From the human T2T-CHM13v2.0 reference genome, Homo sapiens: 64,000 bases of DNA. Location: NCBI RefSeq assembly GCF_009914755.1, contig NC_060928.1, one strand, 5' to 3'. The position numbers and the translations under genes are program-made. Shown here in pieces: positions 13,251-27,142 of the stretch; within the stretch, counting starts at the first letter, position 1; each line of letters begins with the position of its first letter. The notes below the pieces were generated by a model. It was not told the origin of the DNA, made no database searches, and was given only the letters and a program-made list of their open reading frames with translations.

Positions 13251-16200
13251 GGGTGTCTAGCAAGATGGGTGAATAAGAACAGCTCCAGTCTGCAGCTCCT
13301 AGCAAGATCAATGGAGATGCCAGGTGATTTCTGCATTTCCAACTGATGCACCTGGCTCATCTCACTGGGACTGGTTAGACAGTTGGTGCAGCCCATGGAG
13401 GGCAAGCCAAAGCAGGGTGAGGCATTGCCTCACCCAGGAAATGCAAGGGGTCAGTGAACTGCCTCCGTGGGCCAAGGGAAGCCCTGAGGGACTGTGCTGT
13501 GAAAAATGTTGCACTCCAGCCCAGATACTATGCTTTTCCCACAGTCTTCGCAAATCGCAGACCAGGAGATTACTTCGGGTGCCTACACCATCAGGGCCCT
13601 GGGTTTCAAGCACAAAACTGGGTGGCTGTTTGGGCAGACACTGAGCTAGCTGCAGGAGTTGTTTTTCATACCCCTGTGGCACCTGGAACATCAGCGAGAC
13701 AGAACCATTCAGTCCCCTGGAAAAGGGGTGAAGCAAGAGAGCCAAGTCGTCTAGCTCAGTGGATCCCACCCCATGGAGCCCAGCAAGCTAAGATCCACTG
13801 GCTTAAAATTCTCACTACCAGTACAGCAGTCTGAAGTCAACCTGGGACACTGGAGCTTTGTGGGGGAGGGGCCCACCATTACAGAGGCTTGAATAGGCGG
13901 TTTTCCCCTCACAGTGTAAACAAAGCCACGGGGAAGTTTGAACTGGGCAGAGCCCACCACAGCTCACCAAAGCCACTGTAGCCAGAGTGCTTCTCTAGAT
14001 TCCTCCTCTCTGGGCAAGGCATCTCTGAAAGAAAGACAGCAGCCCCAGTCAGGGGCTTAGAGATAAAATTCCCATCTCCCTGGAACACAGCACCTGGGGG
14101 AAGGGGGGTGGCTGGGAATGCAGCTTCAGCAGACTTAAACATTCCTGCCTCCTAGCTCTGAAGACAGCAGTGGATCTCCCAGCACAGCGCTCGAGCTCTG
14201 CTAAGGGACAGACTGTCTCCTCAAATGGGTCCCTGACCCCCATGCCTCCTGATGGGGAGACACTTCCCAACAGGGGTCAACAGACATCTCATACAGGAGA
14301 GCTCCGGCTGGCATCTGGAGGGTACCCCTCTGGGACTAAGCTTTCAGAGGAAGGAAGAGACAGCAATCTTTGCCGTTCTGCAGCCCCTGCTGGTGATACC
14401 CAGGCAAACAAGGTCTGGAGTGGACCTCCATCAAACTCCAGCAGACCTATATCAGAGGGGCCTGACTGTTACAAGAAAAACTAACAAACAAAGGAATGGC
14501 ATCAACATCAACAGAAAGGACATCCACACAAAAACCCCATCTGAAGGTCACCTACATCAAAGACCAAAGGTAGACAAATCCACGAAGATGGGGGAAACCA
14601 GCACAAAAAGGCTGAAAATTCTAAAAACCAGAATGCCTCTTCCCCTCCAAAGGATCACAGCTCCTCACCAGCAAGGAAACAAAACTGGAGGGAGAATAAG
14701 TCTGAAGAACTGGCAGAGGTAGGCTTCAGAAGGTGAGTAATAACAAACTCCTCCGAGCTAAAGGAGCATGTTCTAACCAAATGCAAGGAAGCTAAGAACC
14801 TTGAAAAAAGGTTAGACAAATTGCTAACAAGAATAACAAGTTTATAGAAGAGCATAAATGACCTGATGGAGCTGAAAAACAGCATAAGAACAATGGGAAG
14901 CATACGCAATTATCAAACAGCCAAATCGATCAAACAAAAAAAGGATATCAGAGATTGAAGATCAACTTAATGAAATAACACGTGAAGACAAGATTAGAGA
15001 AAAAAGAATGAAAAGCAACGAACAAAGCCTCCAAGAATATGGGACTATGTGAAAAGACAAAACCTAAGTTTGATTGGCATACCTGAATGTGACAGGGAGA
15101 ATGGAACCAACTCGGAAAACACTCTTCAGGATATTATCCAGGAGAACTTCCCCAACCTAGCAAGACAGGCCAACATTCAAATTCAGGAAATACAAAGAAC
15201 ACCACAAAGATACTCCTCGAGAAGGGCAACCCCAAGACACATAATCATCAGATTCACCAAGGTTGAAATGAAGAAAAAAATGTTAAGGGCAGCCAGAGAG
15301 AAAGATCGGGTTACCCACAAAGGGAAACCCATCAGACTAACAGCAAATCTCTCTGCAGAACCCTACAAGCCAAAAGAGAGTGGGGACCAATTCAACATTC
15401 TTAAAGAAAAGAATTTTCTACTGAGAATTACATATCCAGCCAAACTAAGCTTCATAAGAGAAGGAGAAGTAAAATCCTTTACGGAGAAGAAAATGCTGAG
15501 AGATTTTGTTACAACCAGGCCTGCCTTACAGGAGCTCCTAAAGGAAGTACTAAACATGGAAAGAAACAACCGCTACAAACCACTGTAAAAACATACCAAA
15601 TTGTAAATACCATCGACACTATGAAGAAACTGCATCAACTAACGGGGAAAATAACCAGCTCGCATCATAATGACAGGATCAAATTCACACATAACAATAT
15701 TAAACTTAAATATAAATGGGCTAAATGCCCCAATTAAAAGACACAGACTGGCAAATTGGATGAAGAGTCAAGACCCATCCATGTGCTGTATTCAGAAGAC
15801 TCATCTCACATGCAAAGACATACAGAGGCTCAAAATAAAGGGAGGGAGGAATATTTACCAAGCAAATGGAAAGCAAAAAAAAAAAAAGCATAGGCTGCAA
15901 TCCTAGTCTCCAATATAACAGACTTTAAACCAACAAAAGATCAAAACAAGACAAAAAAGGGAATTACATAACGGTAAAGGAATCAATGCAACAAGAAGAG
16001 CTAACTATCCTAAATATATATGCATCCAATACAGGAACACACAGATTCATAAAGCAAGTTCTTAGAGACCTACAAAAAGACTTAGATGCCACACAATAAT
16101 AGTGGGAGACTTTAACATCCCACTGTCAATATAAGACAGATCAACGAGACAGAAAATTAACAAGGATATTCAGGACTTGAACTCAGCTCTGGACCAAGCA

Positions 16201-19200
16201 GACCTAATAGACATCTACAGAACTCTCCCCCACAAATCAACAGAATATACATTATTCTCAGCACCACAACACACTTATTCTAAAATTGACCACATAAGTG
16301 GAAGTAAAACACTCCTCGGCAAATGCAAAAGAACAGAAATCCTAACAAACAGTCTCTCAGACCAAATGCAATCAAATTAGAACTCAGGATTAAGAAACTC
16401 ACTCAAAACCTCACAACTACATGGAAACTAAACAACCTGCTCCTGAATGACTACTGGGTAAATAATGAAATTAAGGCAGAAATAAGTAAGTTCTTTGAAA
16501 CCAATAAAAACATAATGTACCACAATCTCTGGGACACAGCTAAAGCCATGTTTAGAGGGAAATTTATAGCACTAAAATGCCCACAGGAGAAAGTGGGAAA
16601 GATCTAAAATCGACATCCTACCATCACAATTTAAAGAACTAGAGAAGCAAGAGCAAACAACTTCAAAAGCTAGCAGAAGACAAGAAATAACTAAGATCAG
16701 AGCAGAACTGAAGGAGACAGAGACACTAAAAACCCTTCAAAAAATCAGTGAATTCAGAGCTGGTTTTTGGAAAAGATCAACAAAATACATAGACCATTAG
16801 CCAGACTAATAAAGAAGAAAAGAGAAGAATCAAATAGACACAATAAAAAATGAGAAAGAGAATATCACCACTGATCCCACAGAAATACAAACTACCATTA
16901 GAGAATATTATAAACACCTCTATGCAAATAAACTAGAAAAATCTAGAAGAAATGAATAAATTCCTAGACACATAGAGCCTCCCACAACTAAACCAGGAAT
17001 AAGCCAAATCCTTGAATAGACTATTAACAGTTCTGAAATTGAGGCAATAATTAATAGCCTACCAACAAAAAAAAAGCCCAGGACCAGATGGATTCACAGC
17101 CGAATTCTACAAGAGGTACAAAGAGGAGCTTGTACCATTCCTTCTGAAATTATTCCAAACAATAGAAAAAGAGCAACTCGTAACTAACTCATTTTATGAG
17201 GCCAGCACCATCCTGATACCAAAACCTGGCAGAGACACACCAAAAAAAGAAAATTTCAGGCCAATAACCCTGATGAACACTAATGAAAAAAATCTTCAAT
17301 AAAATACTGGCAAACCGAATCCAGTAACACATCAAAAAGCTTATCCACCATGATCAACTCGGCTTCATCCCTGAGATGCAACACTGGTTCAACATATGCA
17401 AATCAATCATCCATCATATAAACAGAACCAATGACAAAAAACAAATGATGATCTCAATAGATGCAGAAAAGGCCTTCGATAAAATTCAACAGCACTTCAT
17501 GCTAAAAACTCCATAAACTAGGGGTTGATGGAATGTATCTCAAAATAATAAAAACTATTTATGACAAACCCACAGCCAATATCATACTGAATGGGCAAAA
17601 CCTGGAAGCATTCCTTTTGAAAACCGGCACAAGAAAAGGAGGCCCTCTCACACCACTCCTATTCAACATAGTATTGGAAGTTCTGGCCAGGGCAATCAGG
17701 CAAGAGAAAGAAATAAGGGGTATTCCAATAGGAATAGAGGAAGTCAAACTGTCTCTGTTTGCAGATGACACAATTGTATATTTACAGAACCCCATCGTCT
17801 CAGCCCAAAATCTCCTTAAGCTGATCAGCAACTTCAGCAAAGTCTCAGGATATAAAATCAATGCGCAAAAATCACAAGCATTCCTATACACCAATAATAG
17901 ACAAACAGAGAGCCAAATCATTAGTGAAACCCCATTCACAATTGCTACAAAAAGAATAAAATACCGAGGAATACAGCTTACAAGGGATGTGAAGGACCTC
18001 TTCAAAAAGAACTACAAACCACTGCTCAAGGAAATAAAAGAGGACACAAACAAATAGAAAAACATTCCATGCTCATGGATAGGAAGAATCAATATCGTGA
18101 AAATGGCCATACTGCCCAAAGTAATTTATAGATTCAATGCTATCCCCATCAAGCTACCATGGACTTCCTTCACAGAATTAGAAAAAAACTACTTTAAATT
18201 TCATAAAGAACCAAAAAGGAGCCCTTAGAGCCAAGACAATCCTAAGCAAAAAGAATAAAGCTGGAGGCATCACGCTACCTGACTTCAAACTATACTATAA
18301 GGCTACAGTAACCAAAACAGCATGGTACTGGTACCAAAACAGATATATAGACCAATGGAACAGAACAGAGGCCTCAGAAATAACGCCACACATCTACAAC
18401 CACATGATCCTTGACAAACCTGACAAAAACAAGCAATGGGGAAAGGATTCCCTATTTAATAAATGGTGCTGGGAAAACTGGCTAGCCATATGCAGAAAAC
18501 TGAAACTGGACCCCTTTTTATACCTTATACAAAAGTGATCTCAAGATGGATTAAAGACTTAAACATAAGACCTAAAACCATAAAAACCCCAGAAGAAAAC
18601 CTAGGCAATACCATTCAGGACATAGGCATGGGCAAAGACTTCATGACTAAAACACCAAAAGCAATGGCAACAAAAGCCAAAATTAACAAATGGGATCTAA
18701 TTAAACTAAAGAGCTTCTGCACAGCAAAAGAAACTATCATCAGAGTGAACAGGCAACCTACAGAATGGGAGAAAAGTTTTGCAATCTATCCATCTGACAA
18801 ATGGCTAATATCCAGAATCTACAATGAACTTAAACAAATTTACAAGAAAAAAATCAAAAAGTGGGCAAAGGATATGAACAGGCACTTCTCAAAAGAAGAC
18901 ATTTATGTGGCCAACAAACATATGAAAAAAAGGTCATCATCACTCGTCATTAGACAAATGCAAATCAAAACCACAATGAGATACCATCTCACACCAGTTA
19001 GAAAGGTGATCATTAAAAAGTCAGGAAACAACAGATGCTGGAGAGGATGTGGAGAAATAGGAACGTTTCTACACTGTTGGTGGGAGTGTAAATTAGTTTA
19101 ACCATTGTGGAATACAGTGTGGCAATTCTTCAAGGATCTAGAATCAGAAATACCATTTGACCCAGCAATCCCATTACTGGGTATATACCCAAAGGATTAT

Positions 19201-19705
19201 CAACCATTCTATTATAAATACACATGCACATGTATGTTTACTGCAGCACTATTCACAATAGCAAAGACTTGGAACTGACCCAAATGCCCATCAATGACAG
19301 ACTGGATTAAGAAAATGTGGCACATATACCCCATGGAATACTATGCAGCCACAAAAAAGGATGAGTTCATGTCCTTTGCAGGGACATGGATGAAGCTGGA
19401 ACTCGTCATTCTCAACAAACTAACACAAGAACAGAAAACCAAACACCACATGTTCTCACTCATAAGTGGGAGTTAAACAATGAGAACACATGGACACAGA
19501 GAGGGGAACATCACACTCCAGGGCCTGTCAGCGGGTGGAGGGCTAGGGGAGGGATAGCATTAGGAGAAATACCTAATGCAGATGATGGGTTGATGAGTGC
19601 AGCCAACCCCCATGGCACATGTATACCTATGTAACAAACCTGCATGTTCTGCACATGTATCCCAGAACTTAAAGTATAATTCATAAAAAAGAAAGAAAGA
19701 AAGAA
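13251..19705 (+). mobile_element. Full-length inactive LINE-1, L1PA7-like
   Basis: 5'UTR (CAAGATGG...GAACAGCTCC), broken ORF1 (15049-15588 fragment), broken ORF2 (MTGSNSHITIL at 15670; LFADD in 17533-18057), 3' end TATCCCAGAACTTAAAGTATAAT, A/GAAA tail; many frameshifts. Confidence 0.95.
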
Positions 19706-19763
19706 AGAAAATTGTAAAGCTGAATTTGCAAAGCAAGGACACTGTTTTTAGTTCTATTGTAAA

Positions 19764-20615
19764 TGATAGGGACAGAAGGTAGGGAAATTCTGGGCAGAGG
19801 AGAGGGGATCCCCAGCTAGGGACCCATCTTCAAGCTGAAAAGCCTGGAACTGCAGCCCAAAGTGAGAACATACATCCTGGTTTTCCCACTCAAATGCTGC
19901 CTTTTCCAAAACTACCAGTGGCCTGCCCTGCCCCCACCCTGTGCCTTTAAAATCCCCAGAACTCAGACTGGAGAGTGAAGAAGAAGCTGGAAATTAGAGA
20001 CTACAGTTGGATGTCAGAGAGAAGCAGTTTGACTTTAGAGGGACAGCTTGATGGCATGGCTTCGGAGAGGAGTCTGGCCAGGGACAGCCAGACTCCAGGG
20101 GAAGATTACCTTCCCACTCCATCTCCTTTTCAGCTCCCCTTCCTTCCTGCTGAGAGCCACTTTCATCAACAATAAAAATCTCCTGCACTTACCATGTCCA
20201 ATTCATTCATGTGACCTCATTACTCCTGGACACCAGACAAGAACTTGGGTGCCATGACTGCAGGTGTAAAAGGCTGTCATGCTGATCCTCCACTGAGCTG
20301 TTAACACTTAAGCCATCCATGGATGGCAAAGCTAAAAGGCCACTGTAACACTTCTTCTGGGGCTTCAGGGGTCACAGACACCCCACTAGACACTGCCGCA
20401 AGGCCCACAGGGAATTGCTCTACCGGATCCCAAAAACACTCACCCCAGCTCCTGCACTTGCTCACCTGCGCTCTGCCTCCTGCGAGGGGTGGAATGCAGT
20501 GGGACCAAGGGAGTAGAGTCCACCCCTGCTGCTGGCACCAAAGCAGCCGGCTAGTTCTAGCACCCGCGCACTGCAGTTCCCACACACGAAGGGGTCAAGG
20601 AAATATCCTGCTTCA
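19764..20615 (+). mobile_element. LTR1-family ERV1 solo LTR
   Basis: TGATAGGGACAG...GGGAAATTCTGGGCAG start, ...CTGCTTCA end, internal AATAAA at 20171, 4-bp flanks taaa/caaa. Confidence 0.75.
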
Positions 20616-23600
20616 CAAATACAGGAACTTTTGTGTTGATGCTGTGCTTGCAAAGCAAATATGCTTTTTTTTAAACATATATTGTATTGTTTGGAAATAG
20701 CTCTTCAGGAGGCTGATGAAGATATAAAGGACCTTAAAAACCCCCTTCTCCCATCACCTCCAGCCATCTTTTAGGCCATCGATCATTATCCTCCATGACA
20801 ATGCATTCTTAGATTATGTTAATATCTATATTGATATCCTTCTTTCCCCATAACCTATTTCCTCCTCCATAATGTTTACCATAAGAGAAATTACAAGTTA
20901 CAAACTGCTCATTCCCCACCAACTAATTTTGACAAAAATGCAATTTTCTTTAATCAAGAGAGCCACATACATTGGTTAATGCTGGAGCCAGACTGCCTGT
21001 GTTCAGGCAGTTGCATGACCTTGGGCAAATTCCTTTTATCCCATTTGTGCCTCTGCTTCTTCAGTTATAAAATGAGGATAAGAATAGAAATCTACCCCCA
21101 AGTATTAGTGTAAAAATTAAATGAGTTAATAACTGCTCTAAACTAAGTGATATACAAAGGTTCACTATTATCACTAAAGTTTAAATGGTACCATCTTATA
21201 CATATGCAGCATTTATATAGGCTACTTTTCTATAAGCAACTGTCTCACCATCAAGTCCTCTAGATATTTGGTAATTAAGTCCCACTTATGTGTGCCCCAA
21301 ATCTACTGTTATTCAATTTTGATCTGTTGTAAAGTGTTATTTTATCATCCATTCTATAAATATTCACTGAGTACTTACAATGTGCCAGAAATTGTGCTAG
21401 GAGTTGAGAATATAATAGTGAATAAAAACAGATATTACCCATCCTTTTGCAATGCTTACATACAGTGGGAGAGAGCACCACAAATCCAATAATCATAAAA
21501 CAAACAGAAAAAATTAACTATAAAAAATGCTAAATGCTACAAGGTGAGGCGTATGATGCTATAAGAAAACCAACTTACCAAAAGTCAATTTTCATAAAGC
21601 CAACTTGCCCAAAAGTCAGTTTTCCAAATGACTGATTCACTGAATTTCCTAACGGAAAATTCACTGAAAGCTAGTTTGCCAAAAGCCAATTTCTAGAAAA
21701 TCAATTTGATAAAGAGTAGTCTGCCAAATCATCATTTCACCAAATGAGCAATTCACTGAATTATTGAGGATTTTTTGAAGTCTTAATTTCACAGACATTT
21801 AATGCATCCTTTCATGACAGCTCTTTAACCCTGAATTTGACTGTCTGTCTGGGCTGAATGTCAATTCCATGTTCTCACATTTCAAATGCCAATCCCTTCG
21901 CTAATGCTCAGCGATCCAGTACTCCAATGTAAGCAAATGGTGGGCTTCTCACAGTTACTGTCTTCAGAATTAGGCTTCTGCTTATCCCTGTCACTGCCAG
22001 AAAGACAGCTGCAAAGAACCATCCTAGACTAGGATGATGAATGGATTTTCTGCAAATTGTCTACTGCCAAATTTGCTTTCAGCAAATTGGTCATTTATGG
22101 AATTAACTCTCACTTAACTGTTCCTCAGTGAAATTACCTAGAGCCAATGTGTTGAGAGCCTACAACTGGGGAATTTGGCCTTGTCAGACAAATAAAAGAA
22201 GGCTTCACTGAGGAAAAAAAAATAACTGAACTAAGGTCAGAAGGATAAATAAACCAGGCAAAAGGGAAAGGAAAGAATGCCTAAGCAAAGAGAAGAGAAT
22301 ATGCAAAGGCCACTTGGAGAGGAAGCAGTGGAATTATTGGGGTTGCAAAAAGGCCAGTGTGGCTGAAGTACACAGAACAAGGCAGAGAATAGTGTGAATT
22401 GAGGATAGAAATAAAGTTAGGGGCTAGACCATACTGTGCCTTATAGACCATAATAAAGACTGCTGTTCTCATTTTAAGAATTGAAATTCTTAACATATTT
22501 TAAGTAAGATATAAAATAATTAGACTTGCATTTTCTCTTTTTTTTATTTTTTATGGGTACAAAATAGTTGTATATATTTATAGGGTACATGAGATGTTTC
22601 AACATGGGCATGCAACGCATCACAGTCATCATGTAAAACAGGGTATCCCTCCCCCTCAAGCATTCATCGTTTGTGTTACAAACAATCCAGTTATACTATT
22701 TTATTTTTAAGTCTACGATTAAATTATTATTGACTATGGTCACTTTGTTGTGCTATCAAATACTAGGTCTTATTTATTTATTTATTTATTATCCATTAAC
22801 CATCCCCACCTTCCCCCAACCCTTCCACTATCCTTTCCAGCCTCTGGTAACCATCTTTCTACTTTCTATCTCATGAGTTCAATTCTTCTGATTTTTAGAT
22901 CCCACAAACAAGGGAGAATATGTCATGTTTATCTTTCTGTACCTGGTTTATTTCACTTAGCATAATCACCTCCAGTTCCACACATGCTGCTGGAAATGAC
23001 AGATTGTTATTCTTTTATATGGCTAAATAGTACTCCATTGTGTATAAGTACCACATTTTCTTTATCCACTCATCTGTTCATGGACACATAGGTTGCTTCC
23101 AATTTTTGGCTATTGCAAATAGTGCTGCAACAAACATTAGAGTGCAGATATCTCTTTGATATACTGATTTCCCTTTGATATACTGATTTCCTTTCTTTTG
23201 GGTATGTACCCAGCAGTGGGATTGCTGGATTATATCTATTTTTAGTTTTTTGAGGAACCTCCATACTGTTCTCCATAGTGGTTGCACTAATTTACATTCC
23301 CACCAACAGCATATGAGGGTTCCCTTTCCTCCACATCCTCACCAGCATTTATTATTGCCTGTCTTTGTATAAAAGCCATTTTAAACGGGGTAAGAGGATA
23401 TTTCATTGTGGTTTTGATTTGCATTTCCCTGATGATCAATGATATTGAGCACTTTTTCATATGCCTGCTTGCCATTTGTATGTCTTCTTTTGAGAAATGT
23501 CCTTTCAAATCTTTTGCCCATTTTTTACATCAGATTATTAGCTTTTTTCCTGTAGAGTTGTCTGAGCTCCTTACATATCCTGGTTATTAATCCTTTGTCA

Positions 23601-26600
23601 AATGAGTAGTTTGCAAATATTTTCTCCCATTCTGTGGGTTGTCTCTTCACTTTGTTGATTGTTTCCTTTGCTGTGCAGAAGCTTTTTAACTTGATTCCAT
23701 TTGTCCATTTTTGCTTTGGTTGCCTTTGCTAATCAGGTATTACTGAGGAGATCTTTGCCCAGATCGATGTCCTGGAGAGTTTCTTCAACGTCTTCTTGTA
23801 GCAGTTTGATAGTTTCAGGTATTACATTTAAGTCTTTAATACATTTTGATTTTGTTTTTGTATGTGGTGAGAGATAGGGGTCTAGTTTCATTCTTCTACG
23901 TATGGATATCCAGTTTTCCCAGCATCATTTATTGCAAAAACTGGCTTTTCCCCAGTGTACATTCTTGGCACCTTTGTCAAAAATGAGTTCACCGTAGGTG
24001 TGCAGATTTGTTTCTGTGTTCTCTATTCCATTTTACTGATCTACGTGTCTGTTTTTATGCCAGTACCATGCTCTTTTGGTTACTATAGCTCTGTAGTATA
24101 ATTTGAAGTTAAGGTAATGTAATTCCTCCAGTTTTGTTCTTTTTCCTTAGGAAGGTTTTGGTCATTCTAGGTCCTTTGTATTTCCATATAAACTTTAGAG
24201 CTGTTTTTTCTATTCCTGCGAAGAATGTCATTTGTATTTTGATAGAGATTGCATTGAATCTGTAGATTTCTTTTGGTAGTATGCACATTTTAACTATAGT
24301 GATTCTTCCAATTCATGAACTTGGATATTTTCATTTTTTGGTGTCCTCTTCAATTTCTTTCATCATAGTTTTATAATTTTCATTATAGACATCTTTCACT
24401 TCTTTGGTTAATTCCTAGGTATTTAATTCTTTATAATTTATAAATTTCTTTTTCAGATTGTTCATTGTTGTCACATAGAAATGCTATGATTTATGTATGT
24501 TGATTTTGTATCCTGCAACTTTACTGAATTTCTTTATCAGTTCTAATCGATTTTTGGTGGTTTTTAGGTTTTTCCAAATATAAGATCATATCATCTGCAA
24601 ACAAGGATAATTTGACTTCTTCCTTCCCAATTTGGATGCCCTTTATTTCTTTCTCTTGTCTGACTGCTGTAGCTAGGACTTCCAGTAATACGTTTAATAA
24701 CAGTGGTGAAAGTGGGCATCCTTGTCATATTCCAGATCTTAGAGGAAAGGCTTTCAGGTTTTGCCTATTCAGTATGATACTAGCTGTGGGTATGTCATAT
24801 ATAGCTTTTATTATGACATACTTATTATGTTGAGGTATGTTCCTTCTATACCCAGTTTTTGTGGAATTTTATCATGAAGAGATGTTAAATTTTATCAAAT
24901 GCCCTCTCAGCATCAATTGAAATGATCATATGTTTTTTGTCTTTCATTATGTTGATATACTGCACTGATTGATTTACATATGTTGAACCATCCTTGCATC
25001 TCTGGGATAAATCCCACTTGGTCATGATGAATGATCTTTTTAATGTGTTGTTGAATTCAGTCTGCTAGTATTTTATTGAGAATTTATGCATCAATATACA
25101 TCAGCAATATTAGCCTGCAGTTCTCTTTTTTTATGTATTTTCTTCCCTATTATTTGGAATAGTTGAGTAGGATTGGTATTAGCTCTTCTTTAAATGTTTG
25201 GTAGAATTCAGCAATGAAGCCATCTGGCCTGGGCTTTGCTTTACTGGAAGATTTTTGATTATGGCTTCAACCTCCTTACTTGTTATTGGTCTGTTCAGGT
25301 TTGGGATTTTTTTAATGGCTCTATCTTTGTAGGTAGTATGTGTCTAGGAATTTGACCATTTCTTCTAGATTTGGCAATTCATTGGCAAATAGTTATTCAA
25401 ATAATTTTGGTAGTATGCACATTTTAACAACACTGACTTTAACAATATTTCACTACTGATAGTAGCCGCTAATAATCCTTTGAATTTCTGCAGTATCAGT
25501 TGTAATGTGTCCTTTTTCATCTCCAATTTTATTTATTTGGTTCTCTCATTTTTTAGTTAATCTGACTAAAGCTTTGTGAATTTGGTTAAATTTTCAAAAC
25601 ACAACTTTTTTATTGATCTTTTGTGTTATTTTCTTCATTTCAATTTTATTTATTTCTGCTCTGATCTTTATTATTTATTTTTTCTACTAATTTTGAGTTT
25701 GGTTTGCTCTTGTTTTTCTAGTTCTTTAAGATGTATCATTAGGGTGTTTACTTGAAGTTTTTCTTCTTTTTTATTATAGGCATTTATAGCCATAAACCTT
25801 CCCTCTTAGTATTGCTTGTGCTGTATCCCATAGGTTTTGGTATGTTGTGTTTTCATTATCATTTTTTTCCAGAAATGTTTCATTTTCCTTCTTAATTTCT
25901 TCATTGGCCCACTGGTCATTCAGAAGTATATTGTTCAATTTCCATGTATATATATAGTTTCCTAAATTCTTCCTGTTACTGATTTCTATTTTTCTTCTTT
26001 TGTGATCAGAGAAGATGCTTGATGTGATTTTGATTTTTTTTTTTGAAAGTTTTAAGACTTTTTTTGGGACCTAACATAGAGTCTTCTCTTGAAAATGATC
26101 CATGTGCTGAGAATAGGAATCTATATTCTGCAGCCATTAGATTAAATGCTCTGTAAATATCTATTAGGTCAATTTGGTCTATAGTGCAGAGTAAGTCCAA
26201 TGTTTCTATGTTGATTTTCTGTCTGAAAGATCTGTCCAATCCTGAAAGTAGGGTGTTGATGTCACCAGCTATTTTTGTGTTGGGGCCTATCTCTCTCTTT
26301 AACTCTAATAATATTTGACTTATATATCTAGGTGCTGGAGTATTGGGTGCATATATACTTTAAATTGTGATATCCTCTTTATCTTTATGTCATGACCTTG
26401 TATCTTCTTACAGTTTGCATCTTGAAATCTATTTTGTCTGATATAAATACAGCTACTCCTGCTCTTTTTTTTTTTTTTTTTTTGGTTTCCATTGGCGTGG
26501 AGTATCTTTTTCCATCTCTTTATTTTCAGTCTGTGTGTCTTCAAAGGTGAAGTGTGTTCCCCTTTATTTTCAGTCTGTGTGTCTTCAAAGGTGAAGTGTA

Positions 26601-26785
26601 TTTCTTGTAGGCAATAGATCATAGAGTCTTGGTTTCTTATTCATTTTTAGCCTCTCTATGTCTTTTGATTAAAGAGTTTAGTCCATTTACATTCAATGTT
26701 ATTATCGATAAGTAAGGACTTACTCTTGCCATTTGGTTATTTGTTCTCTGGTTGTTTTGTGGTCTTCTCTTCCTTCTTTCCCTCC

Positions 26786-27142
26786 AGGCATGGTTTGGCT
26801 GTGTCCCCACACAAATCTTATCTTGAATTGTAATTCCCACAATTCCCACATGTCGTGGGAGGGACCCAGTGGGAGGTAGCTGAATCATGGGGGCAGATCT
26901 TTCTTATGCTGCTCTATCAATAGTGAATAAGTCTCACAAGATCTGATGGTTTTAAAAAGAGGAGTTCCCCTGCACAAACTCACTCTTTGCCTGTCGTCAT
27001 CCATGACATGACTTGCTCCTCCTTGCCTTCCACCATAATTGTGAGGTCTCCCCAGCCACGTGGAACTGTAAGTCCATTAATCCTCTTTTTCTTCCCAGTC
27101 TCGGGTATGTCTTTATCAGCAGCATGAAAATGGACTAATCCA
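26786..27142 (+). mobile_element. THE1A/B MaLR solo LTR nested in the L1MA
   Basis: ATGGTTTGGCTGTGTCCCCAC...GGACTAATCCA; perfect 5-bp TSD cctcc at 26781-26785 and 27143-27147. Confidence 0.9.

Noticed and set aside
21568-21760. Periodic motif array as a CRISPR-like locus
   Set aside because: Eukaryotic context, degenerate abutting units, no unique spacers, no cas genes.
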